Assembly (NCBI GenBank): GCA_038248205.1
Contig: JBBRUC010000002.1
Location: 1,571-65,570, forward strand
Length of the DNA stretch: 64,000 nucleotides
Source: Thermoanaerobaculia bacterium
GTDB lineage: Bacteria > Acidobacteriota > Thermoanaerobaculia > Multivoradales > UBA5704
Direction of reading: 5' to 3'
Shown: positions 36,992 to 44,800 of the stretch, piece after piece
Layout of the letters: each line of letters opens with the position of its first letter
Numbering within the stretch: the first letter of the stretch is position 1
Made by a program: the position numbers and the translations under genes
Notes under the pieces: model-generated
The model's database searches: none
What the model was told of the DNA's origin: nothing
The model's input: the letters and a program-made list of their open reading frames with translations, nothing else

Positions 36992-39900
36992 TCACTCGAA
37001 GTACCCCACGACATCGATCACCAGATCGACCGGCCCGCCGACGGCCAGGGCTTCGAGAGCGCCGTTGGTGCCCAAACCTACGATCGCGTTGTTGGTGCGC
37101 GTCTGGCCGGAGTGAAAATTCAAGCTGCTCGCTAGCGGCTGCGGCGTGCCGCTCGCCCAGAGGGTGAGGAAGCCGTCGGCCGCCGGTGCGATCGCGGTAA
37201 GGTTCGCCGCCACCGAAACGGCGGCCGGCGGGATCTGGCAGAGATCGAACAATGGGATGGTGCGAGGCTCGCCAGCCGGCAGCGGCGTCGCCTGTCGCGA
37301 GTCGTAGGCCCGGCAGGGCGGCACGGTGTGGAAGCCGAGTCCCACGCGGAAGATGGTGGGCCCGTGGGTGCCTGATTGATTTGGATCGTCGCTCGTTCCC
37401 TGGCTTTCGCTCAGGCCGTCCAGATCGGCGTCGAAGGCAAAGGTAGCCTGGTTCGTCACGAGAGTTTCGGCGGCGACATCGCCGACCAGCGCGCGAATCA
37501 GGATCGTCACCGAGCCGCCCGCCGGCACTTCGCCGTTCCAGGTCACCGTCCGGCCCGCCAGCGCGACGGTACCCGAGGTGGCCGTGGCTTCGAGCGGCAC
37601 GAGCGCCTTGGGGAGCGTATCGGTCAGCTCGGCGCCCGGGTTGTCGGGCTGGCGGCCAGCGCCGGAGTTGGAAAGGTCGATCTGGTAGATCACCTCCCCG
37701 CCGCGGACGAAGGCGCCGGTGACCGATTTGGCTGAGTCCACCGCCGCGCCGAGGCCGGTGCGCGGCAGTCGCCAAAGCTCGAAGCCGGAGGCGGCGTCGG
37801 TCGCGGCGAAATAGACCTCCGAGCCGAAGGCGCCGAACGGGTAGGGGCTCGATGGAAGCGGCCCCGGGGCGATGTCCTGCACCGGCCGGGTGCCCTCCGG
37901 GGTGCCGTCAGAAATGTAGAGTTCGTTGCCGAAACCGGGCAGCTCGGCCGCGAACACGATCGCGGCGCCGATCGACTTCAGGTTTACCGGAAACGACGAC
38001 TCTGCGCCGGGTACCAGGTCGACGAGCAGGCGGGTACCCTCGGGCGTGCCATCGGTGACGAACAGCTCGTGGCCGCGGGTGGGATCTTCGGCGGCGAACA
38101 AAACCCGATCCCCGGCGGCGGCGAAGGAGCGAGCGAACGAGCCCTCGCCGGGATTGGGGGCCAGGTTGGCGAGCTGGAACGTGCCCTCGGGCGTGCCGTC
38201 GCTCACCCAGGGTTCGAGACCGCTTACGCCGTCGTCGGCGGCGAAGACGACGCGAGAACCGAGAGGGGCCGCACGTCCCTCGATACCGACGCCGAACCGA
38301 TCGCCGTAGGTGTCGAACGGCGAGTCGAGGTCGTCGCGCAGGTCGGCGACGAACCGGGTGCCCGCGGCCGTACCGTCGGAGACCCAGAGCGCCGGGCCTG
38401 CCGCGCCGTCGTCGGCGATGAAGTACGCCTGGGAGCCGGCGACGGCGAGACCGTAGGGATTGGACGAAAGCGGTCCCGGGGCGATGTCGGTGAGCCGCGC
38501 GGTGCCGACCGCGGTGCCGTCGGACACCCAGAGCTCGCGGCCATGCTGGCCGGCGGCTTCGCCGTCGGAGGCGGACAAGAGAGCTTTTCCGCCCAGACGG
38601 GCCACGAACCGTGGCGACGAGGAGGCCGATCCGGGGCGAAGATCGGCTACCCGTGTCGTGTTCTGGGCGGTGCCGTCGGAGCGCCATAGCTCGATGCCGC
38701 GATCGGTGAATCCTTGGGGTTCCGAGGTCGCGAGCAGCGCGAAGCCGTCCATCGCGGTGAGCACTGTGGTGCCGGAGCTGGGATTGGCGGTCTCGTGAAC
38801 GACTTGGGTGTTGGCGTTCGTGCCGTCGGTCGCCCATAACGGACCGGTCCCCGAAGCATTCGGGCGGGCGGTAAACAGCCCGAGCGTACCGATCGAAGTG
38901 AGGCCGGTGGGATAGGAACTGCCGACGCCGGGAAGGAGATCGGTGACGATCCGGGTGCCGGCGGCGGTGCCGTCGCTCGCCGCCAGCTCGAACCCCGTCG
39001 TTCCGTCGTCGGCCGTATAGAGGAACGTGCCGTCGTCCAGTGCCACCGGCCCCACCTGGTCGTAGGAGATCTGGAGCCGGTCGAGGCTCGAGGTCTGCTC
39101 GTCGATGCGCCGGACGAGCGCGGTGCCGGCGCTCGTACCGTCCGTCGCCCAGAGCTGCCAGCCCTGTTCAGGGGGGTCGGAAAAAGCGCGGAAGTAGAGC
39201 CGGCCGTTCCACGCGACCGGCAGGTCGTTGGCGGCGAAGCTGCCGAAGTGGGACGCCTCGGGGCCGGGCCGCAGGTCGCGGACCAGCTCGGTTCCACCAG
39301 GCGTACCGTCCGTGCTCCATAGCTCCACGCCATGGACGCCGTCGTCGCCGAAGAAGAGCAGCTTGCCGCCGAACACGGTCAGCTTGTGCGGTGCCCCAAA
39401 AACGTAAAGGCCGCTTTCCGGACCCGGAAAAAGGTCGATCACCGGCTTGGTCCCGACGGCCGATCCGTCGGTCGACCAAAGCTCGCGGCCGGAGGTGCCG
39501 TCCTCGGCAGCGAAGTATGCCTTGTCGCCGTAGGAAATCATCTCCCGCGGGTCGGAGGAATCGGCCCCCGGCCGCAGGTCGAGCCTCTGGGTGCCGCCTT
39601 CGGTGCCGTCGGTGGTCCAAAGCTCCGTGCCATGCACCGCATCGCGCCCGCTGAAGGCCAGGCCGATCGTGCCGATTCTGGTGAAAAAGGAGGGTCCGAT
39701 ACCGATCGGTCCCGGCTCGGCATCGGCAACCATCGCGGTGCCGGCGGAGGTGCCGTCGGTCGCCCACAGCTCCGTGCCGTGTACTCCGTCATCGCCCGCA
39801 AAGTAGAGGCGATCGCCGAAGACGGCATAGGAGAGAAAACCAGGAAAGTCACTATAGCTCTCCAGGCCGCCCGCAGCGCCGGGAAGAATGTCGGCCACCA

Positions 39901-40567
39901 GAACGGTCCCTGCCGAGGTTCCATCGGTGGCCCACAGCTCGCGGCCGTGGATGCCGTCCTCGGCCGAAAAGTACAGCCGGCCGCCGAGTTCGGGGAGAAA
40001 CCGGATCCCCGACCACTGCTCGCCGGGAAAAATATCCGCCAGAAACTGGGTTCCGGCGACCGTGCCGTCCGAGATCCAGAGTTCCGAGCCATGCAGGGGG
40101 TCGGTGCCGACAAAGAGCAGTCGGTTCCCCAGGACGCGCAATTGGTTTGGATTGAGTCCATCGGTGCCGGGGATGATGTCGGCCACCCGAAAGGTGCCGG
40201 CGGCCGTGCCGTCGCTGGTCCAAAGCTCGCGCCCGTGGGCCGGGTCGGCGGCGGAAAAGAAGGCACGGTTCCCGAGAAGGGCGAATTCGTAGGGATATCC
40301 GGAGCAGAACCCCGGGCAAAGGTCCATCAGCAGCTCGGTTCCGGCCGCCGTGCCGTCGCTTCTCCAAAGCTCCGTGCCGTGAACGCCGTCGTTAGCCGAG
40401 AGCAGCATCACGTCGCCGAGCACCAGATACCGAGAGCCGAGAAAATAGGGAAGAAAGAGGCCAGGCGTGGACGGATTGAGATCCGCCACCTGCACCGCCG
40501 GCTGAGCGACCGCGGCGGCGCCCGCGCAGAGGGCGAGGACAAGGATTGAACCCGTTACGGAACGCAT
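36992..40567 (-). CDS. ELWxxDGT-repeat protein with a DUF11-like repeat and conserved C-terminal domain (paralog 2)
   Basis: Same architecture as 30782..34363. C-terminus FRVGLGFHTVPPCRAYDSR...DVVGYFE. ATG at 40567 preferred over the TTG at 40576. Confidence 0.85.
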   Translation of the reverse strand: MRSVTGSILVLALCAGAAAVAQPAVQVADLNPSTPGLFLPYFLGSRYLVLGDVMLLSANDGVHGTELWRSDGTAAGTELLMDLCPGFCSGYPYEFALLGNRAFFSAADPAHGRELWTSDGTAAGTFRVADIIPGTDGLNPNQLRVLGNRLLFVGTDPLHGSELWISDGTVAGTQFLADIFPGEQWSGIRFLPELGGRLYFSAEDGIHGRELWATDGTSAGTVLVADILPGAAGGLESYSDFPGFLSYAVFGDRLYFAGDDGVHGTELWATDGTSAGTAMVADAEPGPIGIGPSFFTRIGTIGLAFSGRDAVHGTELWTTDGTEGGTQRLDLRPGADSSDPREMISYGDKAYFAAEDGTSGRELWSTDGSAVGTKPVIDLFPGPESGLYVFGAPHKLTVFGGKLLFFGDDGVHGVELWSTDGTPGGTELVRDLRPGPEASHFGSFAANDLPVAWNGRLYFRAFSDPPEQGWQLWATDGTSAGTALVRRIDEQTSSLDRLQISYDQVGPVALDDGTFLYTADDGTTGFELAASDGTAAGTRIVTDLLPGVGSSYPTGLTSIGTLGLFTARPNASGTGPLWATDGTNANTQVVHETANPSSGTTVLTAMDGFALLATSEPQGFTDRGIELWRSDGTAQNTTRVADLRPGSASSSPRFVARLGGKALLSASDGEAAGQHGRELWVSDGTAVGTARLTDIAPGPLSSNPYGLAVAGSQAYFIADDGAAGPALWVSDGTAAGTRFVADLRDDLDSPFDTYGDRFGVGIEGRAAPLGSRVVFAADDGVSGLEPWVSDGTPEGTFQLANLAPNPGEGSFARSFAAAGDRVLFAAEDPTRGHELFVTDGTPEGTRLLVDLVPGAESSFPVNLKSIGAAIVFAAELPGFGNELYISDGTPEGTRPVQDIAPGPLPSSPYPFGAFGSEVYFAATDAASGFELWRLPRTGLGAAVDSAKSVTGAFVRGGEVIYQIDLSNSGAGRQPDNPGAELTDTLPKALVPLEATATSGTVALAGRTVTWNGEVPAGGSVTILIRALVGDVAAETLVTNQATFAFDADLDGLSESQGTSDDPNQSGTHGPTIFRVGLGFHTVPPCRAYDSRQATPLPAGEPRTIPLFDLCQIPPAAVSVAANLTAIAPAADGFLTLWASGTPQPLASSLNFHSGQTRTNNAIVGLGTNGALEALAVGGPVDLVIDVVGYFE

Positions 40568-40628
40568 AGATCTCAAAGTTTACAGAGTTTCGTTCAAATC
40601 GGGCGCTCCTCGCCGCTGCGCTTTTTTC

Positions 40629-40684
40629 CCTGGGTGCGCGGGCGTCTCGCCCGCACGAGCGGGCCGGAGGCCCGCGTACCCAGG
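40629..40684. repeat. REP-like nested palindrome, copy C (intergenic)
   Basis: CCTGGGTGCGCGGGCGTCTCGCCCGC-ACGA-GCGGGCCGGAGGCCCGCGTACCCAGG. Lies about 60 nt upstream of the ELWxxDGT paralog 2 start. The left flank cctcgccgctgcgctttttt matches the copy B flank cctcgccgctacggttttct. Confidence 0.9.
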
Positions 40685-40753
40685 AATCCCAGCGGCGGCG
40701 AAGGTGGGCCGGGACGGACCGTCGGAAGAGACCTCCGCGCCGCCGGAAGGGAT

Positions 40754-41157
40754 CTTCGGACGATCGGGAGAAGCTTCCGCGCGAGCGGAAGGGAGATCCG
40801 GGTCGTCCGGGAGGGCTCCGGCCGGCCGGGACTTCTCTTCCGGTCGCCGGTGAGCCTCTCCGGGGGTGCGGGATCTTTCTTCCGGTCCCGCGGATCACCC
40901 TTCCGAGGACGGGGAGGGTTCTACGCGCGGGTGGAAGGGTTCTTCCGACGACCGGGGAGGCCTTCGGTAGGCTCGGGATGCCCCTTCCGTACTTCCGTGA
41001 GGCTCTTCCGTCGGCGGGGATCTCTCTTCCGGGCCCGAGTAGGGCCCTTCCAGGGACCGGGAAGGGCCTTCGGACGGTCGGAAGGCCACTTCGAGCAGCC
41101 GGAAGTCCTCTTCGAGCAGCTGGAAGACCCCTTCGGGCGGCCGAAATACCCCTTCCG
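40754..41157. repeat. Degenerate tandem array of about 20 units with 21-bp period (GGAAG-N-CTTC(C/G)G motif)
   Basis: The CTTC(C/G)(G/A) core recurs at 40984, 41005, 41026, 41047, 41068, 41089, 41110, 41131 and 41152 (exactly 21 nt apart). Spacing is 20-22 nt further left (40754, 40774, 40795, 40815, 40837, 40857, 40879, 40900, 40942, 40962). Confidence 0.85.
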
Positions 41158-41328
41158 GCGGTCCATCTGGGTATTTTTTACTCCCGGAGACGAGAATCTT
41201 TCGACTTTTGCCCGAAAAGCTCGATTTCTCGGAATCTATGCTCTACAAGGAGGGTCGCGCTCTAGCCGGGCGTGGCCGGACGGCGATTCCGCCGCTTCCG
41301 CGCCGACCAGTAGAAAGAGGGTAGCGAC

Positions 41329-41709
41329 ATGAAGAGCATCCGTAGCTTTGCCGACGTGGTCCGCGATTGGGAGGAGTTGCTCGAAGCGGTCAACGACAAC
41401 GCCGAGGTTCTCGCCCCGGCGTCCTCCCAGCAGCAAGCGCTGGAAGCCTCGCTCGCGGCGCTCCGGGCCAAGCGGACGCAGCAGGCCTCCTGCACCGCCA
41501 ACCGCCAGAAGGCGACGCAGGATCTCCACGGTCTGATCCGTCAGGGCAACGAGAACGCGCGCCGCCTGCGCGGGATCGTCAAGGCTCTCTTCGGCACCAC
41601 GAGCGAGCAGCTGGTTCAGTTCCGGGTCGCCCCGATCCGCAGCCGCCGTAGCTCGAAGTCGACCGAGCCGGTCCCGGCCGAAGCGGCGGCCGGCGGTTCG
41701 GGCCAGTAA
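41329..41709 (+). CDS. Hypothetical coiled-coil-like protein (126 aa)
   Basis: AGAGGG lies upstream of the ATG. Protein-like sequence MKSIRSFADVVRDWEELLEAVNDNAEVL.... Followed by a strong terminator. Confidence 0.6.
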   Translation: MKSIRSFADVVRDWEELLEAVNDNAEVLAPASSQQQALEASLAALRAKRTQQASCTANRQKATQDLHGLIRQGNENARRLRGIVKALFGTTSEQLVQFRVAPIRSRRSSKSTEPVPAEAAAGGSGQ

Positions 41710-41730
41710 GGCGCGGCCTCCGTAGGCCGA

Positions 41731-41768
41731 GGGGGCGTGGAGCGTTCGGGCTCCACGCCCCTTTTTTC
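41731..41768 (+). terminator. Intrinsic terminator
   Basis: GGGGCGTGGAGC-gttcg-GGCTCCACGCCCC followed by TTTTTTCG, between convergent genes. Confidence 0.75.
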
Positions 41769-41804
41769 GTTCCATCGGGGCGCACGCACCCCGCCGATCG
41801 AACT

Positions 41805-44800
41805 CTACCGCCCCGCCTTCTGGAGCGTTTCGATCAGGAAAAGGATCTCGGCGGCCATCGTAGGGTGAAACTCCGGGTTTTCGGCGAGCGCAACGTCGCG
41901 GCTGCCGCCGACGATGGCTTGAAGGGCGCGGATGAAACCGCCGAAGCCGGCTGCCTCGAAACGCGGAAGCTGTTGCTGGAGGAGGGCCGCCGCCTCGTCC
42001 GTTTCCTCGGCGAGCAGCGACCGCGTCACGGCGAGGCTGATGCGGCCGGGGTCTGTATGGTTCTCGCCGCCGTCCCCACGGTAGGCGAGATAGCCGGCGA
42101 TGGCCTTGGCCCGAGCCTCCGCGGCGGCGGCGGGTTGGCCGGCGTCCGTCTCGATGTCGGAGAGGATGGCCCAGGTCGTCCACGGCTCGGACGCATGGCC
42201 GTAGGGCGCCTTGCATTCGATCGCCCGGCGGATTTCTTCGAGTGCTTCGTCGAAGCGGCGGAGCTTGCGGAGCGTTTCACCGAGGTTGCTCCTCGCGCGG
42301 CCTTCGTGTGCCAGGTCGCCGCTCACGACATACTTGTCGGTCGCCTGCCGGTAGAAAGCCACGGCCTCCTCCGGCCGGCCGAGGACCTCCTTATAAAGGT
42401 TTCCCAATTGCAGGAGCGTGCTCGCCTGCCCGGCGAGATTGCCGAGCCGCACGCTGATCGCGAGCGATTTCCGGTAGGCCTCCTCCGCCGCCTCCGGCTG
42501 GCCGGCCTCCTGGTGCGTGATACCGGTCTGATGCCAGCTCACGGCGACGATGCCCGGTTCGTTCAATCGGGTGAACCGCTCGCGCGCCTCCTTGTGCGCC
42601 GCGAGCGCCTCCGGGTAGAGGCGCTGAGCGAGGCGGACGGTCCCCAACTGGCCTTTGCCCACGGCGACCTGCCGGTCTTCGCCGAGTTGCTCGCTTCGGT
42701 GGATGCTCACTTCGTAGGCCGCCGCCGCTTCGTCGAGCCGGCCGAGGAAAAGAAGGCAGTCGCCCTGTTCCGCAAAGCAGGCGGCCGCCATCCGTCCCGC
42801 GCCTGGGTGTGGCCGTTCCTCGGCGACGGACTCGAAGCGCACGTGGGCCTCGTCCAGCAGGGGGAGGGCCCGCTCCGAACCGCCGGCCGTCTTCCATACA
42901 CGGGCCAGGAGAAAGCAACCCCCTCCCAGGTCATAGTCGGCACCCGGATAAGACTGCACGCCCGCCGCCCGAGCGCGTTCCAGCAAGATTTGCGCGCCTT
43001 CGAGCGCCTCGCGCAACCGCCCTTGGCCCCACTGTTGCTCGACGCGGGTCCGCGCCGCCTCGAAGCGGGCGTGGCTCCAGGCTCCGCCGGGCGCCTCCAG
43101 CTTCTCTGCCGCCGCGTCGCGCACCTGCCCCACACGCTCCAGCAGCCGCGGCTTGCCGAGCCATTGCAGCAGGCCGTAGAGCGAGGTGGCTAGGCCGATC
43201 GTTGCTTCCTGGTCCCTCGCGCGCTCCAGCCGGTCAAGCAGGGCGAAGAGGTTCGGCAGCTCCAGACCGGTCAGCGTCGCCACGACCTCAGTGCTTTGGC
43301 TCTGCTGCTGTCTAAGGAATTCGACATACCCGATCATCGCCTCGACCCAGCGGGCGGTGAGCGCTTCGCGCTCCTTGCCGTCCATCCGTCCGCGGAGGTA
43401 GGGGCAGAGGGCGGGGTCGAGGGTGAGGTGGTTGTAGGGGTTCGGCGTCGCTAGGCCGGTTTCGACCAGCTCGCCCGCGAGCGCGGTGATGTCCGACATT
43501 TCCCACTGCTTCATCACGCGGAGGACGTCCAGATCGACCGCGCCGTGAAACACGCCAAGCACGCGCGCTCTCGTCTGATTCTCGAGAGACAGGCGCCGCA
43601 GCGAAAGCTCGACGCTCGCGAAGACAGATTTCTCCCGGCTTTCAGGAGACCCGACCGGGAAGCGCCGGTCCATCTCCTCCATCAGCTCCACAAGCGCCTC
43701 GCGGGTGGCCTCCACCCCTCGGGCGCGGAGGGAGGGCGCCAGAAGGGTGAGCGTGCGGGCGTGGCCGTAGACGGCATCGACCAGCGCCTCGATCGCCTCG
43801 CGCGCGGCGTCGTAGGCCTTGCCGGTCCCGGCGGTTCCGGAGCTGCTCGATTCGTTCAAAACGCGCTCGACGAGCTTGACCGCGTCTTCGCGGCCGAGGT
43901 GGAAGAGTTCTCTCCGGTTGCGCGCCCCATCGAACGGCGCAGGGAGCGTCTCGCGGCTGGTGAAGACGAGGCGCGTGTCACCCGCCTTGAGCAGCCGAGC
44001 GCAGAGGTCGAGAATCGCCTTCAGCTCCCGGGCCGCCTCTTCGGTGAGGGCGTTCGGCATCTCCTCATCAAGGTAGGGCGGCAGGAGGATGCTCTCCATG
44101 TTGTCGACCACCAGGAGCGTCGACTGCTCGCGGAGGGCGCGCTCGATCGGCAAAATGGACTTCTCCAGAGTGTCGAAGGCGACCGAGTAGGACTCGCCCG
44201 CGAGCTGCCTGCCGATCTCGTTGAGTACTGACGCCGCGTTGCCATGCGTCTCGACCGAAACGAACGCCGCCCGGCGGACCTGCTGCGAGCGCACCATCCA
44301 CCGCGCGAATTCGGCCGCGAGGGCGGTCTTCCCTTCGCCGCCCTGCCCGCGCACCACGGCGTAGCGGTTGTCGCGGTCGTTGCGCAGCAGACGCTCTAGC
44401 GCCAGCAGCTCTCGGCTCCGGCCGACGAAGCCGGTCGCGGGAGTGGGTGGCAGATCGCCGAGGCGATCGGCGAGTGCCTTCTTCCAATCCTCAACCGTCT
44501 GCTTCGCAGGCGTGGTCTTGAAGAGCTGGGGATCGTCCTTTTCTTGGAACAGAACGGGCACGAACCAGTCCTCCAACCGCAGCTCGCCCTTTCCGAAGAT
44601 CTGTTCGCGAAACGTGTCGTCCTTGAGTCGGCGTTGGCCCGCGAGCATGGCGTCGCCCACCCGCTTGCCGGCCGCCAGCGCGCGGTAGAACTCGCCGACG
44701 AAGAGGCGGGCGGTAGCGACCAGGATGCTGTGGCTCATCGCGACGACCGAGGCGACCCCCACCTTCAGCAGTTCGGACGCGACCGATTCCGACGCCTTCT

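Noticed and set aside
40634-40684. Start codons of ORFs 34462..34647 and 40634..41332 (both MRGRLART...) as evidence of a conserved gene
   Set aside because: The shared N-terminus is simply the translated REP-like element (GTG inside CCTGGGTGCGCGGG). The similarity is DNA-repeat derived, not evidence for a protein family.
40690-41165. Possible CRISPR array, because of the regularly spaced short repeats (also considered for 6146-6360)
   Set aside because: The units are contiguous 21-bp degenerate repeats with no unique spacers and no conserved repeat of 23 bp or more. No cas genes are present in the window.
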